64,000 bases of DNA from an uncultured virus (IMG/VR IMGVR_UViG_2061766007_002127) (taxonomy: Duplodnaviria > Heunggongvirae > Uroviricota > Caudoviricetes): the IMG/VR virus record IMGVR_UViG_2061766007_002127; one strand, written 5' to 3'. The position numbers and the translations under genes are program-made. Numbering within the stretch: the stretch's first letter is position 1; the number at the start of each line of letters is the position of its first letter. Below are positions 1 to 13,942 of this stretch, piece by piece. Under the pieces are notes generated by a model, which saw only the letters and a program-made list of their open reading frames with translations, had not been told where the DNA came from and did no database searches.

Positions 1-2322
<2,322 letters not shown>

Positions 2323-2337
2323 CATGGAGGAAGCGAA

Positions 2338-4420
2338 ATGCCATTCTGGAGAAAGAACGGTCATATTGTCGGAATAAACGGCATTCCCATTGAATGCGAC
2401 GAATGCCCATGTGGAAGAGCGTGCATCATCCACGCGAAATCAGAGAAGAACAGACTTCTCGGCACTGGGCTGTATTCGCTCGTGTCGGAAATGGGCGACA
2501 ATTACAATTGCGCCGAATTCGGTCGCGACGACCATGGCAATGCCGTATGCACAAGGCAGGCAGAGGGGACGCTCGTGCAGGTTCTCCAGCGATATGGCAA
2601 TGTCCCAGAAAATCTTTCGCTTGAGGGACGCTACCTTGTCTATGCCGTCACCTTGCAGAAAAAGCAAAACGGCTCCTATCTGACGATAGGGTGCGAANNN
2701 NNNNNNNCGAATTCATGCAACCACCAGTATGTCGAGCTTGAGAACCACTGCATATCGGACGAGGTGAACGTTCTTCACAAGGAAGACATGTCGAGGTATA
2801 CCCCAGAGGATTCGTGCAAGCCGATTCCATGCGAGGCAGGAATCCTGCTTCTTTCCACATACGCCTCCTGGTACGGAGGGACATTGCATCCAGAGGGATT
2901 CTGCGTCATATACGAATTGAACGGAAGGGAGGACATCGAATTCACTGCATTCAGGAGATTGCTCGAATATGAATACGAAGATTCCTCGACGAGGATGAGA
3001 AAGGCAGTCATTCTGGACTGCGACTGCGAACTTGAGGAATCGGATTTTTTCAGCAGGTCCATGATTGACACCATGAGACGTATCATAGTGCAATGCCCCA
3101 ATGCGTGCTCGTCAGATTGCGTGGCATATGACTTCCTGAAATCGTTCGCGAGCCATGAGGGAATGGAATTCCACGAGGAAGGCGTGGTTGNNNNNNNNNN
3201 NNNNNNNNNNNNNNNNTGTACGAAGACGGCGAGCCGACCACGGTGCATGCAGACTGGTATGATGTCGATTCATGCGTCGCCTACAAGGCTTGCGTGCAGT
3301 TCGGAAACGGAATGTATGTGGTTCCGTGCGACTGCGACGGCTCCACGACCATTTCGAGAATCGACAATGGAAGCATGTCGCCGACTGCCGTACATCATCA
3401 ATATCTTGAACTGGAGGATGCCTGCTCTGGAATCGACAAGAGGGAGCTTCTGTTGCTGTATCCAGACGTTTTCGGAATCGAGGACATTTCGTGGGGGAGC
3501 AACACGAAGTACCACCACTCGCTGAGATACATGATGGACGACTGGGTGTGGAACGAGGACACGCAGGAATACGACGTAGTTGAAACGGAGAGGGTCGACG
3601 ACGGGTACTCTGTGTGTGGCTCCGTCAGCCCCATCGGAGGTGGAGGGGGGTCGGACTTCTACCTCGACTACAGGACGATGTGCTTCATATCGAAGGAGCT
3701 TGATTCAAACGGTCAGACAAAATACCGTGTCAAATGGATTTCCCCTTCTGGAAGCCCGTCTGGAAGCTCTCGGGACGACCAGCTGTACGACAGCGCAGAA
3801 TTCGCAGGTCACATGAAGCCTTTTGAATACGACGGGGACGTCCGTTGCAACTGGACTGGGCAGTATCTGCAATGGGACGGAAGCTGTGGTGAAAACGAAT
3901 CAACGTATTTCGACACGCAGGAAGAAGCAGAGAACTACTGCTCAAGCCACAATCCTTCCAAGAATTGCATGGCGATATGCGGCAGATACGCCTATGACAT
4001 ACCGACAAAAACGAAGAGAATCTCGCCGCCGTTGCAGGAATACTGGCTNNNNNNNNNNNNNNNNAGGACTGGTGCTCGCAATGGTCATGCACCCCTCCGC
4101 ATTATGAGCTTGGAGAAAAAACCGTCATCGATGGACGGACATTTTACATTGTTTACAGGGAGCAGTGGATTGACACGAACCGTGGATTGCTGAGATACGG
4201 GGAGGAAGGATACGCCGATTCGATTGTCGTATATGGAATACAAGGAAGCATGGGAAATCCGAACTGGGAGAACTGCTATGGTCATTCTGGCGTTCCGTAC
4301 CAGGACATGGAAGTGCATGCGCAGATTGTCGACGAGGGCTTCCACGAGCAGAACGGTCATGGTATCATTTCCGACTTGTACAATGAAGAGTTGGACGGTG
4401 GAGACGAAACACAGGAGTAG
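2338..4420 (+). CDS. Cys-rich acidic protein, possibly fibre-associated; one gene across several gaps
   Basis: GGAGG RBS before ATG 2338; ORF pieces 2338-3190, 3243-4047 and 4187-4420 share Cys/Tyr/Asp-rich composition and change frame only at N gaps. Confidence 0.55.
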
Positions 4421-4424
4421 ATGA

Positions 4425-4853
4425 ATGGCATGCAGTTGCAGGGAAAGGAAGGATGTCCATCCGAAGATTGTCTCAGGAGAAGACTTGTCGGCATTGAATG
4501 AGAAAACGGTCGAGAATGTCCAAGTAGAGAAGACACTGCCCACGGAGCAGTGCATCGCATGCGCCCAGAAGCACATGGACGAGGCGTATGTGCTTTTCAC
4601 GGAATTCGGATACGGGAACGAGAACAGGAGGCTCGTGAGGGGAAACCTGCGTGCGATTGTCCTTCATACGTTCAAGGAATGGAAGGAGATAGCCAATCTC
4701 GCGAGGGAATGCGCCCTGCTTGTTCAGGAGGCGAGGGACGAAGAGGCTCTTGGAAAGATGCAGGGGCTTTGCGACATGATAGACGGCGAATTCTACAAGG
4801 TCAATCCAGACGTGAAGGAGAGGCTCGAATCGCTTGCGCCGAAGCAGGAATGA
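4425..4853 (+). CDS. Hypothetical protein (CxxCxxKH motif)
   Basis: 142-aa ORF with AGGAG upstream and typical codon usage. Confidence 0.6.
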   Translation: MACSCRERKDVHPKIVSGEDLSALNEKTVENVQVEKTLPTEQCIACAQKHMDEAYVLFTEFGYGNENRRLVRGNLRAIVLHTFKEWKEIANLARECALLVQEARDEEALGKMQGLCDMIDGEFYKVNPDVKERLESLAPKQE

Positions 4854-4866
4854 GCCTCCATGTCGG

Positions 4867-4882
4867 ACTTTCCGTTTATATC
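4867..4882 (+). promoter_or_regulatory. 16-bp motif ACWWTYCRYTTATATC (class 2 candidate promoter/operator)
   Basis: ACTTTCCGTTTATATC upstream of the 4925 gene; similar copies at 23272, 27337 and 54139, each in gene-sense orientation. Confidence 0.5.
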
Positions 4883-4924
4883 ATTGGTCATATGTGCATT
4901 CTCAACCAACAACGGAGGGTCATC

Positions 4925-5543
4925 ATGCTTTCTAGAATCAAGGACTTCCTGCTGAACATCCTCGGCGACATCAAGGTATACAAGTATCCGTTCTTCATGG
5001 TCTACGACCCGTCGACGTTCTACGTCAAGGGGCACCACACGAGGCAGGCTATCGACATCATTGAGCCTGGCGATGTGGTCATGAGGGGGTATAATTTTTA
5101 TCTCGACGGGTTCTTCATACCTGGAACATTTTCGCATTCAAGCATTTACGTGGGAGACGGGAAAATCATCCACGCCGTCGCNNNNNNNNNNGCAGGAGAT
5201 AGACATCATCGACTTCCTGCGTTGCGACAGGTTCTGCATCATGAGGAACGTCGACGCCGAGAAGGCGAAGGAGGCAGTCGAGAAGGCTAGGTATTTCCTC
5301 GGCACCCCGTATGACTTCGACTTCAAGGACGGCACGGATGCGTTGTACTGCCACGAATTGACTGCGACGTGCTACCAGACATCGGACATCCAGAAGCACG
5401 AGGTCAGGATATTCGGAATCAAGTTCCAGCCACGCTACACGTGCGACTCGTTCCTGAAGAACCCGTGCTTCGAGAAGGTGCTTGAAATCGTGCCACGCAA
5501 GGATGTAAACTTCACATGCGGGAAGTTCGTCAAGAGAAAGTAG
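4925..5543 (+). CDS. Permuted papain-like amidase (YiiX/YebB, NlpC/P60 superfamily)
   Basis: EPGDVV...FSHSSIYVGDGKIIHAV...GTPYDFDF...LYCHEL: His-before-Cys permuted catalytic order. Confidence 0.8.
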
Positions 5544-5634
5544 GATTTTCCTGATTGCCACGCCATATTCATGCGATGGCATGGGATTCGCCCGTGCCGT
5601 CGTGCGAAGTGAAGCGAAACAGAAAGGCGTGAGA

Positions 5635-5869
5635 ATGGAACAGGAAATCTACTACTACTATCTGAGGGACGAGGGCAACCATCCATACGGATGCGTCGCG
5701 ATTCAGGAGACAAGGGACGGAAGGATAAACCGTGGCGTCTCCATCTGCTCGACAATGGACAAGTTCGACAGGAAGCACGCGAGGGGTCTCGCCCTCGTCA
5801 GGCTGAAGCAGGCTTCGCAGTCGCTGCTTGGTCAGCCGTTCGGGGTGTACCACGGCGACAAGCCCTTCA
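5635..5869 (+). CDS. Hypothetical protein, 3' end lost in gap
   Basis: MEQEIYYYYLRDEGNHPYGCVAI...GVSICSTMDKFDRKHARGLA; runs into Ns. Confidence 0.5.
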
Positions 5870-6367
5870 NNNNNNNNNNCGAGCCTGGCGATGTGGTCAT
5901 GAGGGGGTACAACTTCTATCTTGACGGCTTCTTCATACCAGGGACGTTCTCGCATTCAAGCATTTACGTGGGAGACGGGAAAATCATCCACGCCGTCGCA
6001 GAGGGGGTTCAGGAGATTGACATCATCGACTTCCTGCGTTGCGACAGGTTCTGCATCATGAGGAACGTNNNNNNNNNNGTTCGACTGCAATGTCGAGCCG
6101 ACGGCGTTCGAGAGGAGGATTATCGAGGCGCCGACAAGGGGGAAGGCATGAACAGGGACGGTGGATGGTGGTTCGTCGGATGCCTCGCGATGAAGGTCGT
6201 ATGGTATTTCGTCGCGTCGGNNNNNNNNNNNNNNNNNNNNNNNNNNNNNNNNNNNNNNNNNNNNNNNNNNNNNNNNNNNNNNNNNNNNNNNNNNNNNNNN
6301 NNNNNNNNNNNNNNNNNNNNNNNNNNNNNNNNNNNNNNNNNNNNNNNNNNNNNNNNNNNNNNNNNNN

Positions 6368-6620
6368 GTCCAGCAGGTCTGACGTGCGCGATTTACCTTG
6401 CAAGGGCTGACTGGGATGTGCATGTGTTCACGGGCGAGGAGATGTCCGTGTCGTGCCTCGCTCAGGCTTCGAAGGTATACAACTATCCTGGGTTCCCAGA
6501 CGGAATCGACGGTCTCGACCTTCTGGAGCTGTTCATGGAGCAGGCTGGGAACTGCGGCGCCACAATCCATCCAGAGGCTGTGACGTGCATCGACACGGAA
6601 TCGAAGGTCGTGCTGGACAG
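6368..6620 (+). CDS. trxB: Thioredoxin reductase-like FAD oxidoreductase (fragment between gaps)
   Basis: GPAGLTCAIYLARA...VYNYPGFPDGIDGLDLLELFMEQA matches the TrxB N-terminal FAD-binding region. Confidence 0.75.
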
Positions 6621-7495
6621 NNNNNNNNNNNNNNNNNNNNNNNNNNNNNNNNNNNNNNNNNNNNNNNNNNNNNNNNNNNNNNNNNNNNNNNNNNNNNNNN
6701 NNNNNNNNNNNNNNNNNNNNNNNNNNNNNNNNNNNNNNNNNNNNNNNNNNNNNNNNNNNNNNNNNNNNNNNNNNNNNNNNNNNNNNNNNNNNNNNNNNNN
6801 NNNNNNNNNNNNNNNNNNNNNNNNNNNNNNNNNNNNNNNNNNNNNNNNNNNNNNNNNNNNNNNNNNNNNNNNNNNNNNNNNNNNNNNNNNNNNNNNNNNN
6901 NNNNNNNNNNNNNNNNNNNNNNNNNNNNNNNNNNNNNNNNNNNNNNNNNNNNNNNNNNNNNNNNNNNNNNNNNNNNNNNNNNNNNNNNNNNNNNNNNNNN
7001 NNNNNNNNNNNNNNNNNNNNNNNNNNNNNNNNNNNNNNNNNNNNNNNNNNNNNNNNNNNNNNNNNNNNNNNNNNNNNNNNNNNNNNNNNNNNNNNNNNNN
7101 NNNNNNNNNNNNNNNNNNNNNNNNNNNNNNNNNNNNNNNNNNNNNNNNNNNNNNNNNNNNNNNNNNNNNNNNNNNNNNNNNNNNNNNNNNNNNNNNNNNN
7201 NNNNNNNNNNNNNNNNNNNNNNNNNNNNNNNNNNNNNNNNNNNNNNNNNNNNNNNNNNNNNNNNNNNNNNNNNNNNNNNNNNNNNNNNNNNNNNNNNNNN
7301 NNNNNNNNNNNNNNNNNNNNNNNNNNNNNNNNNNNNNNNNNNNNNNNNNNNNNNNNNNNNNNNNNNNNNNNNNNNNNNNNNNNNNNNNNNNNNNNNNNNN
7401 NNNNNNNNNNNNNNNNNNNNNNNNNNNNNNNNNNNNGAGCTCGAGCACGGGCTGACTGCTGGGATTGCATCGGAGATAGTGGAATACTTTTCAGA

Positions 7496-7593
7496 TTTCA
7501 ACTCACATCCAAGAAATCCGACAAAATCTGACATTCAATGGATGAACATCTCATATTGAGATGATGGAAATCAAGTCAGAAAGTCGATTTCCA
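7496..7593 (+). repeat. Dispersed structured repeat, copy 1 (67-bp core plus third hairpin)
   Basis: TTTCAACTCACATCC...GGATG...ATCTCATATTGAGAT aligns without indels to 42634-42700 and 59785-59851. Confidence 0.85.
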
Positions 7594-7687
7594 AACATAG
7601 TCAATATGAAGCATGAAAACAAGATTTCAAGTCGCTTGAACATGTTTTCACATATTTTTGTAGATTTTATATAAGGGAAAGAATAAG

Positions 7688-8071
7688 ATGGGAAAGGCTA
7701 GAATGGGAAGCTTGATTGTCGTCGACAACACGAACCCGCACCCGAACGCCAGCTCGAGCTACATGGCAGTATGGGTCGAGGACGAGGACGGTGGCAACGA
7801 GCGTTGCCTGATGTTCAGGAAGCGCGAGGTGGACAGGTTCCCTGCATTCTCGTTCCCGAAGTCGATGGGGATAGAGGGCAGGATGAAGGCTGGAAGGCTG
7901 TACTGCCTGACGACTGGCACCGTCAGGTTCTACGTCGTGAAGATTCTAATCGGGAAGGACGAGATGGTTGTCAAGCTTACCGACAAGAAGATTGCGCTTG
8001 CAGAGAGGTTGGCAGGCTCCAACTCGGAGGACATCCCAGCGAGGGGCGCGTTGAGGAACCTTGTGGATTGA
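7688..8071 (+). CDS. Hypothetical protein
   Basis: 127-aa ORF after an AT-rich intergenic region. Confidence 0.6.
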   Translation: MGKARMGSLIVVDNTNPHPNASSSYMAVWVEDEDGGNERCLMFRKREVDRFPAFSFPKSMGIEGRMKAGRLYCLTTGTVRFYVVKILIGKDEMVVKLTDKKIALAERLAGSNSEDIPARGALRNLVD

Positions 8072-8135
8072 ATCCAATTCAATAAAAGTAGGAAACGAAG
8101 TGGCTCTAGCCACGTGAAAAAAAAGGAGAAACAAA

Positions 8136-8621
8136 ATGAGCGAGGAAACAAAATCCAAGAAATGGTACGGCTGGGTCAAGAACATCATCAGCGCCGTCGC
8201 AGGCGCAGTGATTTCATGCGCAGCCACAATCGGCATCATCAACACCAACGAAGCCGACGTAGCCAAGCAGACCATCGACGGGTGGATGCAGAAGACCGAC
8301 GTCGTCTACGTGCAGGTCGAGAACGTCTCCACGACCATCGCCGAGGTCAAGGCTCTCATCAAGGACGGCAAGTACCTTGAGGCTCTCGGCAAGCTGGACA
8401 GCATCAAGGACAGCGCCATGACCACCGTCGCGACCGTCAAGGAGCTCCACGATGAAATCGCAGACGCTGCCAAGGCTGTCAAGGACGAAGCCAAGGAGAA
8501 GGTCGACACCGTGAAGGAGAAGGTCGACGAGGTCAAGGAGACCGTCAAGGAGGAAGCAGAGAAGGTGAAGGAAGCCATCGACGCCAAGCCCACAGACGAG
8601 AAGCCAGCCGAGCAGAAATAA
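8136..8621 (+). CDS. Membrane-anchored coiled-coil protein
   Basis: AAGGAG RBS; hydrophobic segment IISAVAGAVISCAATIGII followed by K/E/A/V heptad-like repeats; strongly biased codons. Confidence 0.6.
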   Translation: MSEETKSKKWYGWVKNIISAVAGAVISCAATIGIINTNEADVAKQTIDGWMQKTDVVYVQVENVSTTIAEVKALIKDGKYLEALGKLDSIKDSAMTTVATVKELHDEIADAAKAVKDEAKEKVDTVKEKVDEVKETVKEEAEKVKEAIDAKPTDEKPAEQK

Positions 8622-8700
8622 GGCAGGCATACNNNNNNNNNNNNNNNNNNNNNNNNNNNCGGGGCATATGTAGAATGTAGCTTATACGGAGTACAACGCC

Positions 8701-9039
8701 ATGACGATTTACGAATTCATGAACAGCAGGGAGGAGTGCCATAGGCAGACATCCCAGAAGATGAACGCCACGACGCTCGTGAACGCATGCTCGTTCCTTG
8801 AGAGGATTGGGGACAAGGCAGAGGAGATACGGATGAACCAGACGCTGTTCTCCGAATTCGTGTGCAACGGTTTCTCCAGCAGGGTCGAGAACAGCGTGTA
8901 CGAGAGGGCAGTCAGGAAGATGAGCTTCATGAACGCGAGAATCGTCATCGACAACTCGATAGAGGACAGGATTGCTGTCGTGAACGGAAGGAAGGATGAC
9001 GGGATGTCGACCGTCAAGATATACATAGGCTCCGTCTGA
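8701..9039 (+). CDS. Hypothetical protein
   Basis: 112-aa ORF with GGAG RBS. Confidence 0.55.
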   Translation: MTIYEFMNSREECHRQTSQKMNATTLVNACSFLERIGDKAEEIRMNQTLFSEFVCNGFSSRVENSVYERAVRKMSFMNARIVIDNSIEDRIAVVNGRKDDGMSTVKIYIGSV

Positions 9040-9090
9040 GCCTCCAAAAATCGCCTCTGGCGACGGTTTGACGCAATTGAATACAACGAA

Positions 9091-9129
9091 GCCGTGGAAT
9101 GGCGTTAACGCCGTCCACGGCTCTTTTTT
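9091..9129. terminator. Intrinsic terminator at the convergence of + and - gene blocks
   Basis: GCCGTGGA-ATGGCG-TTAA-CGCCG-TCCACGGC hairpin followed by TCTTTTTT. Confidence 0.65.
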
Positions 9130-9151
9130 CGGCTCCAAATCGCGTCCTGCG

Positions 9152-9570
9152 TCAGCCACCTGCACCTGGCGTGTCGAACGACCCCTTGATGTACCCAGAG
9201 TAGCGGTGCTCCAGCATGTGGTCGATGGCACGCATGATGCCGATGAAGTGGAAGTCTGCCACGAAGTCTGGCTCGTTCGCTGGGATGCCAGTCGTCCTCG
9301 CTATGGCATCCTCTGGACCGTACATCGGTGGAGTTATCTTCTGGAAGATGAAGTCCCTGTCTGCGTTCTGGTATGCGTACATCGCCTCCGACGGCTGGTC
9401 CTCGTCCCTGATGGTGGGGGGGAGCGCCACGAGGTCCGAATTGNNNNNNNNNNCTCGATGGAGAAGTAGAGCCTTGCACGGGTCTCGGACAGCATGACGA
9501 AGCTNNNNNNNNNNGGCGACATGGACTCGCCGCCAATCCTTATCCTTGAGCTTGTTCCGAAATTAGCCAT
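9152..9570 (-). CDS. Hypothetical (probable virion) protein, gapped
   Basis: GAGGA RBS then MANFGTSSRIRIGGESMS...; C-terminal part ...YIKGSFDTPGAGG*. Confidence 0.45.
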
Positions 9571-9578
9571 TGTTCCTC

Positions 9579-12020
9579 CTACGGTTGCTGCAACGTGTCG
9601 CCAGACCACGTGCATGTGCTCATGGCGTCGTATCCAACGTACCTGTATATGCCAGGACCCTTCCTCGACCACCACAGGTACCTCGGGTAGTTGCCAGTGG
9701 CGACGATGAACCTCGTCGCCTGCTCCGTGGAGTTGTCGTCCACGGATTCGCCGTCCTGCACCCATGTATTGTACGCCTCAATGAGATTGTTCTCCATAAT
9801 CCATGCGAGAGGCGAGTACTTCTCAAGCGAGTAGTCTGCCTCGGAGTTGGTCTCTGGCATCAGGTGCGCCTCGGTGCTCGCCACGTTGTCGTATCCAATC
9901 CATCGACCCTGAGCCATGCACCGTATGGACGCATTCAATGGCGAAAGCCCAATCATGAATGCGTCGATTCCGTCCGAAATCGGCACCCTCACCTTCGCAG
10001 AACGGTCTGGGCTTGCTGGGAACACGGTCATCGTGATTCCACTTCCCTCCTGCGTCGACGAGTACGTCGGCAGGACGCCCCACTGGCTCGGTCTGCCAGA
10101 CGTGATGCAGTCTGGAGTCTCGTAGAACAGGTTGTACGTCCACTCGTAGTTCTCAAGATAGTCCGTCCTGATGACCGTCTCGCGTGGAACGTCCGTGTTC
10201 TTGGACAGGACGCCTTCGCTCCACAGGTACGGGCTTCCTTTGGCGTTGTAGTACATTCTGAGGACGTGGCATCCGTTCAGCGTGTCGTGGATGACGCACG
10301 GGTTGAAGTACGTGCTTATGCTGGAGTTCTGGCTGCTCTGGTAGTTGCCGAAGTCGCCATTGAATATGCGACCGACTCCTTCGACCGTGTTCCTGCCGTC
10401 TCCAGAATCGACGAACGGCTCGTCGGACTTCTCGACCGTTATCCTCGAATTGCCCAGATGCACCGTCGTGCTCCACGCCTCCGTCCCGTCCGACACCGTC
10501 CCGTCAATCGAGCCTATGATGCACGAGATTCCGTAGTTCCCGTTCGCCGCGCTTTCGATGGAGAAGTAGAGCCTTGCACGGGTCTCGGACAGCATGACGA
10601 AGCTTGGCGAGCATATCGAGTACGCCCCGTCGGATTCGATGTGAATCTCATCAATGAATTCGAACGTGATTCCGTCGTCCCCTTCGAGTTGCTTGAGCGT
10701 CGTGCATGTGGAATTGTTCAGGATGTCAACGTGGTAGTGGTCTGTCGAGACGGCGTACATGTGGTACGTGTACACGGTCTCGTCGTGGTATCCAGTCGGA
10801 TTCTTGTGGAATATGTCGTCCTCTGCGTATTCTGCGACCTGCACGATTCTGGAAGACAAGTGGACGTTCGGCTGGAGATAGTCAGTCATCTCAATCGAAT
10901 TCCTCATCACATGCACCTGCGAAATCGAACCCCAGTCCTCGAAGTCGGTCGTGTCAGCCTTGTATATCTTGGAATAGTACTTCTCCCCGTCGAAGAAGAA
11001 TGCGTTGAAGTACATCCTCCACGTCCCGTCTGGCATCTGGACGACGCACGGGTTCTCGACCGAGACAGCCTTGATGTTCCCGTCGGTCACGAATTCTCCG
11101 ACCGTCTGGTACGAGTACTTCGGTATGCAGTCGCCCTCCTCGCCGAAGATGTCGCTTGAGAATCCTCGCGACATCGTGATGACGCACGAGTTCCTCGAAA
11201 GGTTGCCGTTCACGACGGTGGATGCGACCTTGTGCGCGAACATGAGGTACTGGCTGTCGAAACGGATGACGCATGGCTTGATTCGCTCGATTCCAGAGTG
11301 GAGCCACTGCGTGTCGAAGTTCCCGATGTTGTCCTGAATGTACGACACGGAAGGCACCTTGACGGTTTCGGACTCGTCCTCCGTCTCCTCGTATGACGCC
11401 GTTATGAGGCATGCGAGCAACGTCCCGTTCCTGTCCTGCAGTTGCGAGGCGAGCTGTGGCTTCGGCTGGCTTGTGACATAGAGCCAGTCGCCGTTCTGCA
11501 CTTCCGAATTTTTCGGATTCGTCCCGATGAACCAGCACTGGATTCCGTCCATCTCTGCATGGTACATGTACATCCCGTCGTCGTTCACGAACGAAAGCCC
11601 CGTGTCGTCCACGGGCTCGTACCTTCCGTATGCATTGTCGGCGAGCCTTGCGCCGTACTGGTTCGACACGAGGTACGATGCGACCACTGGCTCCGTCTCG
11701 ACCTGCTCCTCGACCTTCACGTACTCGACCATGCGTGGTCTGTCCGTCGGGAACTGCACAGTCCCCTCGATTTCCATCTCCTCGTTCAGCCATGACGAAT
11801 TCGGGTACAGCGCGAGGTACTTCGCATAGGACTTCGCGTACTGGCTTGAGCCTTCCGATTCGGACATGCCATCCCCTGGAATGTATTCACCAGACTGCAT
11901 GGCATATGGGGCAGACTGCGAATTGCGCTTCCACACGGGATACCTGAGCGTGCCAGTGGCACGCCAGATTCCAGTCGGCATCTCGCAAGCGACTATCTCG
12001 TCGGAATGGAACATAGGCTC
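9579..12020 (-). CDS. C-terminal part of giant virion-like protein with beta-propeller-like blades
   Basis: >800 uninterrupted codons; repeated blade motifs VENPCVVQMPDGTWRMYF, SICSPSFVMLSETRARLYFS, YFNPCVIHDTLNGCHVLRMYY resemble GH43/GH32-type five-bladed propellers. Confidence 0.6.
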   Translation of the reverse strand, partial: EPMFHSDEIVACEMPTGIWRATGTLRYPVWKRNSQSAPYAMQSGEYIPGDGMSESEGSSQYAKSYAKYLALYPNSSWLNEEMEIEGTVQFPTDRPRMVEYVKVEEQVETEPVVASYLVSNQYGARLADNAYGRYEPVDDTGLSFVNDDGMYMYHAEMDGIQCWFIGTNPKNSEVQNGDWLYVTSQPKPQLASQLQDRNGTLLACLITASYEETEDESETVKVPSVSYIQDNIGNFDTQWLHSGIERIKPCVIRFDSQYLMFAHKVASTVVNGNLSRNSCVITMSRGFSSDIFGEEGDCIPKYSYQTVGEFVTDGNIKAVSVENPCVVQMPDGTWRMYFNAFFFDGEKYYSKIYKADTTDFEDWGSISQVHVMRNSIEMTDYLQPNVHLSSRIVQVAEYAEDDIFHKNPTGYHDETVYTYHMYAVSTDHYHVDILNNSTCTTLKQLEGDDGITFEFIDEIHIESDGAYSICSPSFVMLSETRARLYFSIESAANGNYGISCIIGSIDGTVSDGTEAWSTTVHLGNSRITVEKSDEPFVDSGDGRNTVEGVGRIFNGDFGNYQSSQNSSISTYFNPCVIHDTLNGCHVLRMYYNAKGSPYLWSEGVLSKNTDVPRETVIRTDYLENYEWTYNLFYETPDCITSGRPSQWGVLPTYSSTQEGSGITMTVFPASPDRSAKVRVPISDGIDAFMIGLSPLNASIRCMAQGRWIGYDNVASTEAHLMPETNSEADYSLEKYSPLAWIMENNLIEAYNTWVQDGESVDDNSTEQATRFIVATGNYPRYLWWSRKGPGIYRYVGYDAMSTCTWSGDTLQQP

Positions 12021-12761
12021 NNNNNNNNNNNNNNNNNNNNNNNNNNNNNNNNNNNNNNNNNNNNNNNNNNNNNNNNNNNNNNNNNNNNNNNNNNNNNNNN
12101 NNNNNNNNNNNNNNNNNNNNNNNNNNNNNNNNNNNNNNNNNNNNNNNNNNNNNNNNNNNNNNNNNNNNNNNNNNNNNNNNNNNNNNNNNNNNNNNNNNNN
12201 NNNNNNNNNNNNNNNNNNNNNNNNNNNNNNNNNNNNNNNNNNNNNNNNNNNNNNNNNNNNNNNNNNNNNNNNNNNNNNNNNNNNNNNNNNNNNNNNNNNN
12301 NNNNNNNNNNNNNNNNNNNNNNNNNNNNNNNNNNNNNNNNNNNNNNNNNNNNNNNNNNNNNNNNNNNNNNNNNNNNNNNNNNNNNNNNNNNNNNNNNNNN
12401 NNNNNNNNNNNNNNNNNNNNNNNNNNNNNNNNNNNNNNNNNNNNNNNNNNNNNNNNNNNNNNNNNNNNNNNNNNNNNNNNNNNNNNNNNNNNNNNNNNNN
12501 NNNNNNNNNNNNNNNNNNNNNNNNNNNNNNNNNNNNNNNNNNNNNNNNNNNNNNNNNNNNNNNNNNNNNNNNNNNNNNNNNNNNNNNNNNNNNNNNNNNN
12601 NNNNNNNNNNNNNNNNNNNNNNNNNNNNNNNNNNNNNNNNNNNNNNNNNNNNNNNNNNNNNNNNNNNNNNNNNNNNNNNNNNNNNNNNNNNNNNNNNNNN
12701 NNNNNNNNNNNNNNNNNNNNNNNNNNNNNNNNNNNNNNNNNNNNNNNNNNNNNNNNNNNNN

Positions 12762-13931
12762 NGCAGACACAAGGTTCCTCGAAAGGGCGCTCGTGATGAG
12801 GAGGGTGTTCGGCGTGCAGACCACTGGGGTCTGGGAATTCGACTACGGTGCAACGCACGGCGCAGACTACCAGAGCTGGCTTGCAGTCGGCTCGAATTCA
12901 AGCCTCCCCCTCCCAGACAGGTACCAGTCGTTCCTGTGGGATGTCTCGAACGACCAGTCCTATTCTGGGTTGCTGTCCGAGCTGACCATATCCGACATCG
13001 GCAGGTCGCTCGCGTTCTCGACGTTCCTGCAATCGCCTGCTGGGAACGGCACGACGTACAGCCAGAAATGGCAGTCCCTGAACAGCACGATGTCGAGTCT
13101 CATGAATCTCCTGTACCGNNNNNNNNNNGTGGCAGTCCCTGAACAGCACGATGTCGAGTCTCATGAATCTCCTGTACCGTTGCATGAACGAGAAGACCAT
13201 GCTCGAAACGGACTTCAGGAGGAACCTCGTCAGGCAGGGGTACTTCTGCAACGGGTTCGTGAACAACACTCCCTACGACGGCGACGCCATCAACACGTGC
13301 TTCAGGTGGAGGGTCGAGACGAGGCAGTACGAGGGGAAGGTCGGGCTTTCGCAGGACTCCAGCACGAAGTCATACGGGAACTACGACGACAGGTACAACA
13401 TGTACTACCGTTTCCAGATGGACTTCCTCGACACGTTCGACTCCCAGCGTGGAATCATCCCAGCCCTCGACATAGTGTTCATCAAGGACGGGAGGACGGA
13501 CGACTGCAGGATACTGGCTGGAATCGACGACTCGAAGGACTCTGCGAGGACGACTCCGTTCGAGACGGACAGGTCGGCTGGCTCCACATATGTCGCGCAA
13601 CGCTCGGAACTGCTCGTGGACGGCGACAAGTCGACGAGCGACATGGCTCAGAACGACATCCTCGACCTCCAGTTCACTGCCACGTTCGGCATCCCGAAGG
13701 CGTGGCTTCCACAGGTCGGAAACGGAATCGACGTTCCAGTGGCATGGTGGAGGGCGTGGGAGAACGAGGAGCCGTGGACGGAGGCTCCTTCGCTCGATTC
13801 GTACACGCCAGTCAACAGCGACTGCAAGGGCACGTACTACTGGAGGGTCGCGCCGTACAACATCGTGGAGCGACCAGTCGTCGATTCAATGCTCGGGGAC
13901 ATCTATGCCGACACGATTGACGGCATCCGAT
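12762..13931 (+). CDS. Internal fragment of a large protein; probably a mis-oriented contig of the giant gene
   Basis: Open on + with no start or stop inside, flanked by gaps on both sides; same composition (TYYWRVAPYN, Fn3-like) as the minus-strand giant gene. Confidence 0.45.
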
Positions 13932-13942
13932 ANNNNNNNNNN

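Noticed and set aside
5881..6068. Second diverged copy of part of the amidase gene (5062-5250), considered as a DGR template/variable repeat
   Set aside because: Differences are synonymous third-position changes, not adenine-specific; the copy is bounded by Ns and no reverse transcriptase is present. Most likely a co-assembled strain variant.
9454..9504. Short ~50-bp duplicates beside gaps (also 13129-13178, 18360-18471, 23042-23092, 41178-41228, 43690-43739, 46270-46319, 56103-56153)
   Set aside because: Each sits between or against N runs and copies nearby or distant coding sequence, typical scaffolding or strain-bubble artefacts rather than biological repeats.
12762..13931. Plus-strand coding island inside the minus-strand giant gene, considered as an invertible (shufflon-like) segment
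   Set aside because: Both boundaries are N gaps; no inverted repeats or invertase visible; mis-oriented contig is simpler.
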